A stretch of DNA of 64,000 nucleotides from Patescibacteria group bacterium (GTDB lineage: Bacteria; Patescibacteriota; Doudnabacteria; UBA920; O2-02-FULL-48-8). Of the stretch, positions 26,227 through 37,900 are shown in pieces; positions within the stretch are counted from its first letter, which is position 1; each line of letters opens with the position of its first letter. Made by a program: the position numbers and the translations under genes. The stretch spans positions 73,441 to 137,440 of the forward strand of contig DASUKB010000004.1 of assembly GCA_036278915.1 (NCBI GenBank). Reading direction: 5' to 3'. The notes below the pieces were generated by a model. That model ran no database searches, had not been told where the DNA came from, and was given only the letters and a program-made list of their open reading frames with translations.

Positions 26227-26343
26227 CTCATTCGCCGCTTGAGCGGCTCCTTACGGGGTTGCGGCTGCGACTTAGGTCTTGCCTCACTTCAACCCGTTCG
26301 AATCTACTATAGAAAAAATCCAGGTTAAAACCTGGATTTTTTC

Positions 26344-26430
26344 TGGTGGGCAGGATAGGATTCGAACCTATGAAGGCGCAAGGCCAGCTGATTTACAGTC
26401 AGCCGCGTTTGACCGCTTCGCTACCTGCCC
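26344..26430 (-). tRNA. tRNA-Tyr(GTA)
   Basis: GCTGA-CTGTAAA-TCAGC anticodon arm, long variable arm, ends ACCA. Confidence 0.97.
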
Positions 26431-26431
26431 G

Positions 26432-26505
26432 TGGAGCCCCCGGGTAGAATCGAACTACCGCCTACGGTTTACAAAACCGTTGTTCTGCCACTGAACTAAG
26501 GGGGC
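26432..26505 (-). tRNA. tRNA-Thr(TGT)
   Basis: ACGGT-TTTGTAA-ACCGT anticodon arm; ends TCCA. Confidence 0.96.
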
Positions 26506-26536
26506 TAATTTTTATTAATTCTTTGTTTATTTTATT

Positions 26537-27391
26537 CTAAATTCGGATTTTCATCAATTTCTCGCGTGCCGGCTTGTTGGTCGGCTCCAGTTTGAGGATA
26601 CTCTCCAAAACTTCCTCAGCTCGAACTTTGTTGTCGAGCTTCATATACATATCCGCCAGCAGGAACTGGTAATTAAGATTTCCGGAATCCAAAGCTACGG
26701 CATGGGCAATTGCTTTTACGGCTTTGCTGGTTTGGTCAAGATTATCCAGGCAGAGTGCCAGGTTGATCCACCGGACAGGAATTTTGTCATTGAGGTCCAG
26801 CGCTTTTTGATAAGCATTCTGCGCCTGGGTAAACTTCTTGATGGAAAACAGCGACAGCCCGAGGTTGCTCCAATAAACATCGCGCATAGGATCAAGTTTA
26901 GTGAGGTACTCGAATGTCTCCGCGGCTTCGGAAAAATTTTTCTCTTGCAGATAAAGCCGGGCCAGTCCCTCGTATGCCGCGCTGTCGTTGCGATCGCGCT
27001 TGATGGCTTCCAAATACCGATGCTCCATATCTGTGGCTGTATCAGACGGGGCCAGTTCCGCTGCCTCCGGCATCCAGGCCGGTTCGGCCTCAGACTGACG
27101 GATGCGGATGCGGAACGCTTTTTTGGCTGGCGCAAGCGTAGTCTGGCCCGCGTGCATGAGCCGATTTATCGGCAGCGGTGGTTTGAGGTCCTTAGCTTCC
27201 AGAATGAAGTGCCAAATCTTCTCCAGACCAATACGGAATTTTCGTCCGACATAGCCCAAAAAGGAATCGGTGACTATAAGCACACGCATGCGACCCACGA
27301 CTCGTTCTTCGATAGTCGGGACTTTGGAAAGCAGCACCAAAACCAACCCCACAAACGATGCGCCAAAAATAATCCAGGCCGCAATTATCAT
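26537..27391 (-). CDS. Membrane-anchored TPR protein
   Basis: N-terminal TM helix, then about five TPR motifs (AYEGLARLY, YWSNLGL, WINLAL). Confidence 0.9.
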   Translation of the reverse strand: MIIAAWIIFGASFVGLVLVLLSKVPTIEERVVGRMRVLIVTDSFLGYVGRKFRIGLEKIWHFILEAKDLKPPLPINRLMHAGQTTLAPAKKAFRIRIRQSEAEPAWMPEAAELAPSDTATDMEHRYLEAIKRDRNDSAAYEGLARLYLQEKNFSEAAETFEYLTKLDPMRDVYWSNLGLSLFSIKKFTQAQNAYQKALDLNDKIPVRWINLALCLDNLDQTSKAVKAIAHAVALDSGNLNYQFLLADMYMKLDNKVRAEEVLESILKLEPTNKPAREKLMKIRI

Positions 27392-27979
27392 TTATTCTGC
27401 TCCCAAAACAAATCTCGTGAACCGACGGACTTGGATATTTTCACCGAGCTTGGCCACTGTCTCGGCTATGAGATCAGAAACTTTTCGGTCCGGATCGCGC
27501 ACGTAAGGCTGGTCAAGCAAGCAGACCATTTCGAAATATTTCTCCAGCTTTCCGGAGATAATCTGCTCCTGCATAGCTTCGGGTTTGTCCTTGATCTGTT
27601 CGCGGTAAATGTTTTTTTCGTTCTCGTGCGCCTCATCCGGCACAGCTTCGCGCGACACGTACACAGGCGCGGCCGCGGCTATATGAAGCGCAATCTCCTG
27701 AGCGAGATTTTTGAATTCGTCATTTCGAGCCACGAAATCCGTTTCGCAGTTAAGTTCCAGCAAGACTCCTACTTTGCCGCCCGCGTGGATGTATGATGCC
27801 ACTAATCCCTCTTTAGCCGTACGTTCGCTTTTTTTTGCCAGAGACGCGTGACCTTTTTTGCGCAGTATAGCGACAGCGTCATCCATATCACCTGCTTCCT
27901 GGAGGGCTTTTTTGGCGGCCATCATGCCGGCACCCGTGGCCTCCCGTAATTTTTTGATATCGTCAGTTGTAAATTCCAT
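27392..27979 (-). CDS. tsf: Elongation factor Ts, short form
   Basis: [24 protein letters not shown]; 195 aa. Confidence 0.98.
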   Translation of the reverse strand: MEFTTDDIKKLREATGAGMMAAKKALQEAGDMDDAVAILRKKGHASLAKKSERTAKEGLVASYIHAGGKVGVLLELNCETDFVARNDEFKNLAQEIALHIAAAAPVYVSREAVPDEAHENEKNIYREQIKDKPEAMQEQIISGKLEKYFEMVCLLDQPYVRDPDRKVSDLIAETVAKLGENIQVRRFTRFVLGAE

Positions 27980-28022
27980 ATGTTTTTTTCCTTTTAGAGA
28001 AAGGTTCTAATTCTAATTTGAA

Positions 28023-28748
28023 TTATTTTACAATTGCTGCGTTTTCGGTCTGCACCAAGCTGGCCGCAGATGCCTTGCCATCATTTATGGTATCGGCCAT
28101 GGCCTTGGCCATAAACTCGATGACTTTGATCGCGTCGTCATTGGACGGGATGACATAGTCAACCTTGGTCGGGTCGGAATTCGTGTCCACGAGTCCGATA
28201 ACTTTGACTTTGGACTGCCGTGCTTCGGTGACCGGGATGTGGTCATACTTGGTATCCAAAACGAATATGGCTTCCGGCAATTTTCTCATATCCTTGATGC
28301 CGGAAAAGAAAGTTTTCATTTTTTCCACTTCGCGGGCAATCATAAGCTGTTCTTTTTTCGTGTACTTGGAAATCTCGCCGTCGGCAATCATTTTCTCGTA
28401 GCGTTCCATTTTTTTGATTGTCCGCTGGATCGTGCGGAAATTGGTAAACGTGCCACCGAGCCAACGAGTGACTACGTATGGCATACCGCATGACTCGGCT
28501 GCGGCTCTGACCACTTCCTTGGCCTGGCGCTTGGTGCCGACAAACAAAACTGTGCCGCCATTGGCAGCGGTGGATTTGGCAAAATTCAAAGCCTCATCCA
28601 GCTTCTTTTTGGTTTTTTCCAAATCCAAAATATGAATGTTGTTGCGGTTGGTATAAATATACCCGGCCATTTTGGGATTCCACAAAGAGGTTTTGTGGCC
28701 AAAATGCACACCCGCCTTCAACATTTCCATTAACGAAATGTCCTTCAT
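28023..28748 (-). CDS. rpsB: 30S ribosomal protein S2
   Basis: MLKAGVHFGH...WNPKM, FVGTK, RWLGG.FTN, DTNSDP, NDDA. Confidence 0.99.
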   Translation of the reverse strand: MKDISLMEMLKAGVHFGHKTSLWNPKMAGYIYTNRNNIHILDLEKTKKKLDEALNFAKSTAANGGTVLFVGTKRQAKEVVRAAAESCGMPYVVTRWLGGTFTNFRTIQRTIKKMERYEKMIADGEISKYTKKEQLMIAREVEKMKTFFSGIKDMRKLPEAIFVLDTKYDHIPVTEARQSKVKVIGLVDTNSDPTKVDYVIPSNDDAIKVIEFMAKAMADTINDGKASAASLVQTENAAIVK

Positions 28749-28764
28749 AAACTATGATTCCTTA

Positions 28765-28857
28765 TACTTCTGCTTTCGTCATCTGGTGTTGGGATTCTTC
28801 GGATTCATTGTCTTGATTCCGCAGAACAGGCCCCGGCACAATCAGAAAGCATGTAAA
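28765..28857 (-). promoter_or_regulatory. Probable S2 (rpsB) leader RNA
   Basis: TGCTTTC...GAAAGCA closing stem around GCCGGGG, downstream of a TGGTAAAAT promoter. Confidence 0.5.
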
Positions 28858-28970
28858 ATTAATGACTTTGAGATTTTACCATAAACTGCAAGCTTTGGCA
28901 AGGCAAAAGAAAAAGCTCCCGGGAAGTGCTCCCGAGAGCTTGAACGAATGATTTCCTTAAGAACAACACA

Positions 28971-29171
28971 TCATGCTGCGCTGTCGGGGTACCCGGGCTC
29001 GTGTGAGTTCATGAATGCCCGGATAACTTTCCTCCCCAGCGGACTGTCACTGGGAACGGGAATGCGCTCTTTCCCCTCATAAATCTCTTTCACTTTCCGC
29101 TTGCCACTGAAGGGCAGTTCGTACACGATCTCGTATTCCCTGCCGTCGTAACGAACTTTGTTTATCAACAT
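28971..29171 (-). CDS. Small hypothetical protein
   Basis: AGGAGG SD, own promoter-like site and a downstream hairpin at 28908-28941. Confidence 0.6.
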   Translation of the reverse strand: MLINKVRYDGREYEIVYELPFSGKRKVKEIYEGKERIPVPSDSPLGRKVIRAFMNSHEPGYPDSAA

Positions 29172-29384
29172 TTGCTCCTCCTGCCAGTTGACTCAAAATA
29201 ATAGCGCAAAGTCCGACCAAAGTCAACGGCCTGCCTGCCCGTACGTACCGCGTACGTACCAAATAAAACAACTCACCCGAGCACCCTCATGTTACCCACC
29301 CTCTCTTTGCCAAAGAGAGGGTGGAACCACAACCAAGCTGCCGGCCTTGATTTAATCTTAAAACGGTGTTATACTTTGCAAGTT

Positions 29385-29633
29385 ATGAAAACTAATTTAC
29401 ACCCAACTTATTTCACGGATGCCAAGGTTGTTTGCGCCTGCGGCAACGTATTCCATACCGGTTCCACCAAACAGGAACTGCATGTTGAAATTTGCTCAAA
29501 TTGCCATCCATTCTACACAGGCAAGCAGAATTTACTGGATATTGCCGGTACTATTGATAAATTCAAAAAGCGCGCAGGCAAATCCACTGAGATCAAATCC
29601 AAGCGCATTACCAAAAAACTAGCCAAGGCTTAA
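29385..29633 (+). CDS. rpmE: 50S ribosomal protein L31
   Basis: MK..LHP.Y...V.CACGN...[14 protein letters not shown]. Confidence 0.98.
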   Translation: MKTNLHPTYFTDAKVVCACGNVFHTGSTKQELHVEICSNCHPFYTGKQNLLDIAGTIDKFKKRAGKSTEIKSKRITKKLAKA

Positions 29634-29692
29634 ATACCAAAAACACGCTTTATTGATATAATATCCTTAGGCGTGTTTTTTATTGCAATACT

Positions 29693-30745
29693 ATGGAACT
29701 TAATTATTCACACATCATCAAAGAGTATGAGGATGTTCTCAAAAAACTTGAGAATACTCCGGATCCTTATGAACTGGCCAAGCTCGGCAAACGCAGCGCC
29801 GAGCTTTTACCCGTGGTTGAAAAAATCAAGCGCCTGGAAAAATTACAAGCCGACATTTCCGAGCACGAAAAATTGATTGCAGAAAAATCAGAGTTGTCTG
29901 AAATGGCAGCCGCGGAACTGCCTGATTTAAATTCGGAGCAGACAAACCTTTTGGAAGAAATCCGCATCTGGATGCTGCCGCGTGATCCATTTGACGACAA
30001 AAACTCCATCATAGAAATCCGTGCCGGCGCTGGCGGAGACGAGTCAGCCCTGTTTGCCGCGGAACTTTACCGCATGTATTCCAAATATGCAGAATCGCTC
30101 AAATTCAAAGTCGCTGTAGCTTCGGCGAGCCGCAATTCTCTGGGCGGCTTTAAGGAGATCATCTTTGAAATCCTAGGACGTGGCGCGTACAGCAAATTTA
30201 AATACGAATCTGGGGTGCACCGCGTGCAGCGCGTGCCGGAAACCGAAAAAAGCGGCCGGGTCCACACCTCCACAGTCACTGTGGCCGTCATGCCGGAAAT
30301 CGAAGAACAGGACTTCAAACTCGACCTCAAGGATTTAAAGATTGAAGCCACTACTTCTTCGGGCCACGGCGGCCAGTCAGTAAACACAACGTATTCGGCA
30401 ATTCGCATGACCCATATACCCACAGGCATCACGGTATCTATGCAGGACGAACGATCTCAGTCCCAGAACCGCGAAAAGGCCATGAATATTATGCGTGCTC
30501 GCGTTATGGCTTACGAGGAAGAAAAGAAAATGAAAGATTTGCGACAGAAGCGCAAAAGCCAAATTGGCACCGGCGACCGTTCGGAAAAAATACGCACTTA
30601 TAATTTCCCGCAAGACCGCATCACCGACCATCGCATCAACCAGAATTGGAACCAAATCGGGCAAATTTTGGAAGGCAATTTGGGCCCAATCACTGAAGCA
30701 ATGATTGCCGAAGATCAAAAAAGACAATTAGAAAAATTGACCTAA
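29693..30745 (+). CDS. prfA: Peptide chain release factor 1
   Basis: [19 protein letters not shown] (PxT), [16 protein letters not shown]. Confidence 0.98.
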   Translation: MELNYSHIIKEYEDVLKKLENTPDPYELAKLGKRSAELLPVVEKIKRLEKLQADISEHEKLIAEKSELSEMAAAELPDLNSEQTNLLEEIRIWMLPRDPFDDKNSIIEIRAGAGGDESALFAAELYRMYSKYAESLKFKVAVASASRNSLGGFKEIIFEILGRGAYSKFKYESGVHRVQRVPETEKSGRVHTSTVTVAVMPEIEEQDFKLDLKDLKIEATTSSGHGGQSVNTTYSAIRMTHIPTGITVSMQDERSQSQNREKAMNIMRARVMAYEEEKKMKDLRQKRKSQIGTGDRSEKIRTYNFPQDRITDHRINQNWNQIGQILEGNLGPITEAMIAEDQKRQLEKLT

Positions 30746-30819
30746 TTACTAATTAATCTAATTTTCTAACAATCTAAAGTTTAGACCAATTAGAGCACTT
30801 AGAAATTAGAAATTCCTAC

Positions 30820-31719
30820 ATGACTATTCACGACCTTATAAAAGTTGCGGAAAAGAAACTCAAAAACAGCACCTCGCCCGTACTGGACGGCGAAGTGCTG
30901 TTGTCTTTTGTAATCAGGAAACCCAGAGAATACCTGCTGGCAAACCCAAGGCGAAACGTAAACCCCAAATTTGAAAAAATCTATTTCCGACTCATCAACA
31001 AGCGCCTCCTGGGCTGGCCCGTGGCATACCTCACCAAACATAAAGAATTTTTCGGACTCAATTTCTACGTCGACAAAAACGTACTCATCCCCCGTCCGGA
31101 AACGGAAGGGCTGGTAGAGAGAGTAATTGATTACGTAAATAATTACGTAATCAAAAAGCAGCTCAATATCCTTGATGTCGGTACTGGCTCCGGATGCATT
31201 ATAATCTCACTCGCTAAAAATCTAGGCCGCAAAAATCACTACCTTGCTTCGGATATTTCGCCGCGCGCCATAAATATTGCCAAAAAAAATGCCAAACTGC
31301 ACAAAACCAAGGTAACATTTGGGGACGGCAATTTGCTTGAACCCTGGCTTGTCCGCAGAAACCCCCGCTCCATTGCGACCACGGCAGTAAGCCGAGTTAG
31401 CGGAGGCGGAGGAGACATGAAATTCGACATTATAGTCGCAAACCTCCCATATCTTAAGCGCGAATCAGACCCATCTACCAAATTTGAACCAAAGGGCGCG
31501 CTCATCGCCGCCAAAAAAGGTACGATGCTTTATGAAGAACTGTTTAAACAAACCTCATCCCTTACCTCTCTCCCCTCATCTCTGTTTATCGAAATCGGCC
31601 GGGACCAAGGACCGATTATAAAAAAAGTGGCCAAGAAATATTTACCAAATTACAAACCTCAAATTTACAAAGACCTTTTCGGCCGGACGCGCTACGCCAG
31701 CATGCAAAAAGTTAATTAA
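30820..31719 (+). CDS. prmC: Release-factor glutamine methyltransferase
   Basis: VLIPRPETE, DVGTGSGCI, ANLPY; carries an extra in-frame segment. Confidence 0.96.
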   Translation: MTIHDLIKVAEKKLKNSTSPVLDGEVLLSFVIRKPREYLLANPRRNVNPKFEKIYFRLINKRLLGWPVAYLTKHKEFFGLNFYVDKNVLIPRPETEGLVERVIDYVNNYVIKKQLNILDVGTGSGCIIISLAKNLGRKNHYLASDISPRAINIAKKNAKLHKTKVTFGDGNLLEPWLVRRNPRSIATTAVSRVSGGGGDMKFDIIVANLPYLKRESDPSTKFEPKGALIAAKKGTMLYEELFKQTSSLTSLPSSLFIEIGRDQGPIIKKVAKKYLPNYKPQIYKDLFGRTRYASMQKVN

Positions 31720-31746
31720 AAAATCCCGGAATAAATCCGGGATTTT
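31718..31746. terminator. Bidirectional terminator between prmC and rplY
   Basis: AAAATCCCGGA-ATAAA-TCCGGGATTTT. Confidence 0.85.
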
Positions 31747-31757
31747 AATTTGGGGTA

Positions 31758-32435
31758 TTATTCTTTGGTCTTGGCCTCTTCGGTCTTGTTTTCCTCACCA
31801 GGGGCTTCTGGCTTGACCACGCCTTCAACTTTGGATACATCCTCAACCACAGGTTTCTCGGACAAAGAAGCCATTTCCTCTTCGGACCGCGGCGCGGTAA
31901 CTGTAGCCACGACTTCGTCGCCTGGCGTGAGCACCTCCACTTTGTCGGATACTTTAAGATCACTGACGTGGATGTCGTCTTCAAACGTATTGAGAGCAGA
32001 GATATCAACTTCAAATTCGTGAGGCAAATCGCCCGGCAGACACTCAACTTCGATTTCCGACAAGTTCTTGACCAGCGTGCCGCCCAAAGCCTTTACGGCC
32101 TGGGACTCGCCCACAAAATGCAAAGGAATATTGGCCTTGAGTTTCTCGGTCATATTCACGGCATAAAAATCCACGTGGATCGGCTGGCCGTGCAAAAAAT
32201 GCCTCTGTACTTCCTGAATAAGCACCGGCTGGGTCTTGCCTTCGTAAGTGAGCTTAACAAGTGTCGATTCACCTGCGGCGCGGAAGACTTTCAAAAATTC
32301 GCGCTCATCTATTTCAATTTCGGCATTGGAAAGATTGTGGCCATAAAGCACACCCGGCAATTTTCCGGTTTTGCGCAATTTGGCAGCTGCTTTTCCTTTG
32401 ACTGTTCTCTTATTGGCGGTAATTGCAATTTCCAT
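31758..32435 (-). CDS. rplY: 50S ribosomal protein L25/Ctc
   Basis: LR..G.LPGVLYG, IQEVQ.H......HVDF, ECLP..LP. Confidence 0.96.
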   Translation of the reverse strand: MEIAITANKRTVKGKAAAKLRKTGKLPGVLYGHNLSNAEIEIDEREFLKVFRAAGESTLVKLTYEGKTQPVLIQEVQRHFLHGQPIHVDFYAVNMTEKLKANIPLHFVGESQAVKALGGTLVKNLSEIEVECLPGDLPHEFEVDISALNTFEDDIHVSDLKVSDKVEVLTPGDEVVATVTAPRSEEEMASLSEKPVVEDVSKVEGVVKPEAPGEENKTEEAKTKE

Positions 32436-32531
32436 AAAAGTTTCTTATTAGCTGCCATATAATAACATTTCCCGACGATGGCGTCAACAGCGACAAAAAA
32501 CGGCCCGAAGGCCGCGGGACTTGTGAGGAAA

Positions 32532-32888
32532 CTATCTTAAGGCCGAACGAAAATCACCGTCAAATGTACGGAAGAATTCGTGGGTAGCCAAAACCTCGTC
32601 GGGTGAAATAGGTTCGCGGTCTTTGAACTTAAGCGTATCCTGACTGGTGAGGTCCGTGACTGTGGCCACGGTAAAAATTTCCGGCCCGTCTATGGCTATG
32701 GAAAACATAACGGATGATTTGCACTTGTCGCAGTCAGTGTGCACCAAAAGACTGCCGCCAATCGTCGGCTTATCTTCGCCTTCTATAACCCGAGTTTTTT
32801 CCAGGTCATATTTCTGGCCGCAAACGGGACAGCGCAGTATTTGCGACAGCCAAGCGACTATTTTTTTAATATCAAATTTATTACTCAT
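32532..32888 (-). CDS. Zinc-ribbon hypothetical protein
   Basis: CPVC...H..CDKC; IS.DEVL..HEF...FDGDF. Confidence 0.85.
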   Translation of the reverse strand: MSNKFDIKKIVAWLSQILRCPVCGQKYDLEKTRVIEGEDKPTIGGSLLVHTDCDKCKSSVMFSIAIDGPEIFTVATVTDLTSQDTLKFKDREPISPDEVLATHEFFRTFDGDFRSALR

Positions 32889-32941
32889 CTAATATTATAA
32901 TAAAACTCTCAAAGACTCCCGTCAATCCAAATTTGTGCGAT

Positions 32942-34048
32942 TCAATTAAACCTTATGGCTTTTTGGCGGGCCACTACGCTCTGAAGCAATCCCAAGGCTG
33001 CAAATGTGGTAATAAGCGAACTGCCGCCGTACGACAGAAGCGGCAGCGGAATGCCCGTTACGGGCAAAATGCCGATATTCATGCCGATGTTTATCAACAC
33101 CTGGACCAAGAGCATAAAAAATATGCCCAACGACAAGTACATGCCGAAGTTGTCGCGCGCGGTCCGCGCGGTTCGGATCATGCGGTAAAGCAAAATCGAA
33201 AACAAGGCCAGGATAAACAAACTGCCTAAAAGCCCCAACTCCTCGGCAGTGGATGCAAATATAAAGTCTGTCTGCTGTTCCGGCAAAAATTTCAGCTGTG
33301 ACTGCAATCCGCGCCCGACTCCCCGGCCAAAGATGCCACCAGAACCCACGGCGATAATTGATTGCAAGACATTGTATCCGGAGCCGCGCGGATCAAGAGA
33401 TGGATTGAGGAATGTGTAGACACGCGCTTTCTGGTATGGCTGCAGTAAAAATACCCAGGAAATTCCCGCAAGCAACAACAAGCCTACGATCATCACCAGC
33501 AATTGCTTTTTATTCATGCGAGAAAAAATCAACATAGCAAACCAGGTCGCAAACACCACTAGGCTTGAACCCAAGTCTGGCTCAATTAAAATGAGCCCGA
33601 CTGGCACAGCCACGTAGAATGCCGACAAAATTACATACCGGAAACTTTTTATCTTTTCGCCCGTACTATCCAAAAATTTAGCCATGATGATGACCATGAC
33701 GAGCTTGGCAAATTCCGCGGGCTGGACGCGAAAAATCCCTAAATCAATCCAGCGCGTGCTGCCTCGGATGTTGCGGCCCACAAACCAAACCAAAAGCAAC
33801 AGCACTACGATCAACAAATACAGCCACCAGGTGGCGGATTTAAGGTTGCGGTAATCAAAGAACGCCAGGAAAAAAAAGATTGCCAGTCCTATGACGCTAT
33901 AGGCCAACTGCCGCGGCATAAGATTGGTGGGGCTTGAAAGCGTAGTCGAATAAATCATGAGCAGACCCAAAACAAGCAGCAACATGCTGCTTGTAAACAT
34001 AGACAGGTCAAAATATCGAAATTGCGCTAACCAGTGCTTCATAATCAA
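32942..34048 (-). CDS. rodA: SEDS peptidoglycan polymerase RodA
   Basis: G..RWI.LG...QPAEFAK, EPDLG, GYN..QS.IAVGSGG, LPE..TDFIF, PVTGIPLP.LSYGGSS. Confidence 0.96.
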   Translation of the reverse strand: MIMKHWLAQFRYFDLSMFTSSMLLLVLGLLMIYSTTLSSPTNLMPRQLAYSVIGLAIFFFLAFFDYRNLKSATWWLYLLIVVLLLLVWFVGRNIRGSTRWIDLGIFRVQPAEFAKLVMVIIMAKFLDSTGEKIKSFRYVILSAFYVAVPVGLILIEPDLGSSLVVFATWFAMLIFSRMNKKQLLVMIVGLLLLAGISWVFLLQPYQKARVYTFLNPSLDPRGSGYNVLQSIIAVGSGGIFGRGVGRGLQSQLKFLPEQQTDFIFASTAEELGLLGSLFILALFSILLYRMIRTARTARDNFGMYLSLGIFFMLLVQVLINIGMNIGILPVTGIPLPLLSYGGSSLITTFAALGLLQSVVARQKAIRFN

Positions 34049-34884
34049 AACTCCGACTGACCCGGTGGCAGTTCATAAACGCCCGGATCAAAGATATCCA
34101 CTTCCGGCAAAACCTCGGCCCGCACAGCTTGTGGGTTGTTGGGCCAAGCTAGCTGGAATGACCGCGATTCCCCGTAAGCCACATCATTGATATTGGTATA
34201 GTTGGCGCCAACGACACTGCCAGCGCTGTCGTACAGCAAAACTGGCAGTCCCACTTCTTTAATAGTGAATGGCGTATTGTTTTTGATGCTGCCGGAAACG
34301 ACTAGCTTCCCGTCCGAAACTTCAAGACTGACCCGCTCCACACTTAGGGTTGGCTCTGGCTTGTTGTCCGGCTTGCGAATAAACTGCGTATCGCCCAAAG
34401 TCACTTTCAAAATCGCAGGTTCGCGGTCCGTGCTAAACCTTGGAAAAACCAAAATCTTTTCCGAAGCCGGCAAGACAAAAGTTTTGCTGGTAATGCGTGT
34501 GACTTCCGTGCCGCCGGTGGTATAAAAAACCGCAGTGTAGGGCTGCTCCGCTGCTCCCCAATCTAGATTCTGGCTGTTTCGGATGCGCATATACCCGCCA
34601 TAACTTCCGTCGGCAAGCTTGAAAACTTTCGTATCAACGACTTGCAGAGGCAGTTTAGCTTCGTCTTGGTAAATATAAGCGGGAAACGTATGCGAAGCTA
34701 TATCCGCAGTAGTAAAGACATTGCGCAATACATAATACAGCGGGATACACAATATAACCACGGCAATGGCTGCATACCACCACAGCTTGGATACGGCGCG
34801 GATGCGATCCGTGAGCACTATTGTAAATTCCTGGAGTTTTTCAGTCTGGTCTTGGTTTGGATTTTGAGCTGGAGTTCCTTCCAT
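34045..34884 (-). CDS. Membrane-anchored protein with Ig-like FxLYD-type domains
   Basis: TM helix; G.IKN......V...VLLYD..G.VVG...GESRSF. Confidence 0.8.
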   Translation of the reverse strand: MEGTPAQNPNQDQTEKLQEFTIVLTDRIRAVSKLWWYAAIAVVILCIPLYYVLRNVFTTADIASHTFPAYIYQDEAKLPLQVVDTKVFKLADGSYGGYMRIRNSQNLDWGAAEQPYTAVFYTTGGTEVTRITSKTFVLPASEKILVFPRFSTDREPAILKVTLGDTQFIRKPDNKPEPTLSVERVSLEVSDGKLVVSGSIKNNTPFTIKEVGLPVLLYDSAGSVVGANYTNINDVAYGESRSFQLAWPNNPQAVRAEVLPEVDIFDPGVYELPPGQSEF

Positions 34885-34969
34885 GATGCCTAATATTATA
34901 CCATTTAGAAACCATTTCGCCCAAATTGGTCACCCGACCCCACTTTTGATAAACTAGAAAGATACACGC

Positions 34970-37900
34970 ATGAACAATCAAGAATTTCAACAAAATCCAA
35001 AAAGTGGGGCTGCGTTCACTCACCTCCACGTCCATTCGCATTTTTCGCTCCTGGATGGCCTGTCGCAAATCCCGCAGCTGACTGCGGCTGCGAAAAATTT
35101 GGGATTCGAAAGCCTGGCTCTCACCGACCACGGCGTTATGTATGGCGTGATTGAATTCTATAATGCCTGCCTCGATGCCGGCATCAAACCGATTATCGGA
35201 GTGGAGGCATATGTCGCTCCCCGAAGTCTATCCGATAAAGACAGCAAGGAAGATGCAAATTATTTCCATTTAACCCTGCTGGCGGCAGACGAATTGGGAT
35301 ATCACAACCTGCTTAAGCTAACAACGATCGCACACACTCAAGGTTTCTACTACAAACCACGCATCGATTTGGAAGTCCTCCGCGAGCATTCGCAAGGTCT
35401 GATTTGTTTGTCCGGCTGCCAGCGCGGAGAAATTGCACGCGCGGCGTTGCATAAATCCGAAACAGAAGCCCAGGCCAGCTTGGAAAAATATCTCCAGATT
35501 TTCGGTCCTGAAAAATTATTCATTGAAATCCAGCGCAACAGTTTAAATTTGGATCCGCAGGAAGAAAAACTTAACCAAAGGCTTATCGCGCTTGCGCGCA
35601 AAAACAATCTTCGCGTCGTGGCCACTTCTGACTGCCACTACATAAATCCCGAAGATGCCGAAGCCCAGGACGTGCTGGTTTGCATAGGCACAGGCAAAAC
35701 CGTGCAGGACGATGACCGGCTGGATATGCGCAGCCACGACCTGTCGCTTAAATCAGCAGAGCGCATGGCCGAACTTTTCGCCGACATTCCGGAAGCCGTG
35801 AGCAACACGCAAATCGTAGCGGATATGTGCAACCTCAAAATCCTCACCAACCAGCGCTATTTCCCGCAGGTTGAATTGCCCGAAGGAAAAACTTCTGCCG
35901 AATTCTTGCGTGATTTAACTTACGACCGAGCGAATATTTTGTATGGCCACAACGGCGAAATTCCTGTCGATATCAGACAGCGCATCGACTACGAACTAGA
36001 CATCATAATCAAAAAGGGATTTGATACCTATTTTTTGATGGTTGCCGACGTGGTCGAGGGCGCTCATAAAATCGGCGCCATTACCAATACTAGAGGTTCA
36101 GCCGCTGGATCGATTGTCGGCCGATCGTTAGGGATTACAAACGTTGACCCGCTCTACTACGAACTGCCTTTTGAAAGATTTTTAACCGAATTCCGGCCCA
36201 CCCCGCCTGATATCGATTTGGACATAGCCGACAACCGACGCGACGAAGCCATAGCCTACATTACCGAAAAATACGGCCACGAAAAAGTCGCCCAGATTAT
36301 AACGTTTGGAACTATGATGGCCCGCGCCGCCGTGCGCGACGTCGGCCGCGCGCTCGGCATACCCTACTCCAAATGCGACAAAATCGCGAAGATGATTCCG
36401 CTGGGCAAACAAGGGTTCCACATGACTTTGGATAAGGCATTGGATATGAATGCAGAACTTAAAAGTGTTTACGAGCGCGATCCGGAGACCCGGCAAATCC
36501 TCGATATCGCCAGAAAGCTTGAAGGAAGCGCCAGGCACGCGTCCATCCACGCCGCGGGAATTGTGATTACACCCACGGCGCTCACCGACTACATGCCGCT
36601 GCAGCTTGAACCCGACGGGAATCGGACAATTACGCAGTACGATATGTACGCGCTCGACGTGAATGCCAATTCCAAGGCCATTGGCGTGGTCAAGCTGGAT
36701 TTGCTCGGCATCCGCAACCTGTCCATTTTGGAAGCTTCCGTGCGCATAGCCCAAGCTCGCCACGGCGTAGCAATTGATATTTATAATCTCCCCCATCCGG
36801 ATCCGAAGACCTTTAAGCTTTTATCCGAAGGCCATACTTTCGGCGTGTTCCAACTGGGCTCACAGGGAATGACGCGATATATGAAAGAGCTCAAACCAAA
36901 AAATATTTTTGACATCATGGCCATGATCGCCTTATACCGGCCAGGACCTATGGGCATAATCCCCGAATACATCCAGCGCATGCACCGGCCGAGCAAAGTC
37001 GAATACTTTGACCCGCGTATGGAAGAATACCTCAAGCGCTCACTTGGACTTTTGGTGTACCAAGACGATGTCTTGTCCACGGCCGTAAAAATTGCCGGTT
37101 ACAGCTACGTGGACGCGGACAAACTCCGCAAAGCCATGGGCAAAAAAATTCCCGCAGAAATGGCCAAACAAAAAGCCAAGTTTATAGAAGGCTGCATGCA
37201 GGGCGGCATGTCCAACCAAAAAGCCACGGATCTCTTCGGACTCATCGAGCCGTTTGCCGCCTACGGCTTCGGCAAGTCGCATGCTGCGTCATATGCGGCC
37301 GTGTCGTACCAGACGGCGTATATGAAAGCCAATTACACTGTGGAATTTATGGCCGCGGTTATGACTGCCGAATCCGGCGATATGGACACAGTTGTGGAAG
37401 CCGTGGAAGAATGCCGCAATCTCCAAATTTTCGTACTGCCGCCGGATGTAAACGAATCGATGAGCAACTTTACGGTAATCGATGAACACCACATCCGCTT
37501 TGGACTCAATGCCATCAAAAATTTGGGCTCTGACGTGGTTGAGGCCATCCGGCAGGCGCGCAAAGAATCCGGAAAATTCGAAAATATCGAAGACTTCGTG
37601 ACACGCATCAATGTCCGCAATTTCAACAAAAAATCCTGGGAAGCGCTTACCAAATCCGGTGCGCTCGATTCCTTGGGCGAACGCGGCAAACTTCTGGCCA
37701 ATACCGAGTTGATTTTGGAATTTGCTCGCAACCGGCTGCGCGATCTGTCCTCCAACCAAACCAGCCTGTTTGGGAATCTGCCGCAGTCTCGCGCCAAATT
37801 GACTCTTCGTGATTCCGAACCGGCCACCAAAAAAGAAACCCTAGCCTGGGAAAAAGAACTGCTAGGCCTTTACCTGACTGCGCATCCGCTCGATGAGCAT

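Noticed and set aside
26702-27796. 364-aa plus-strand ORF and similar long antisense ORFs (23123, 23819, 36182, 39667, 54581)
   Set aside because: They are shadows of well-supported genes on the opposite strand and show no motifs.
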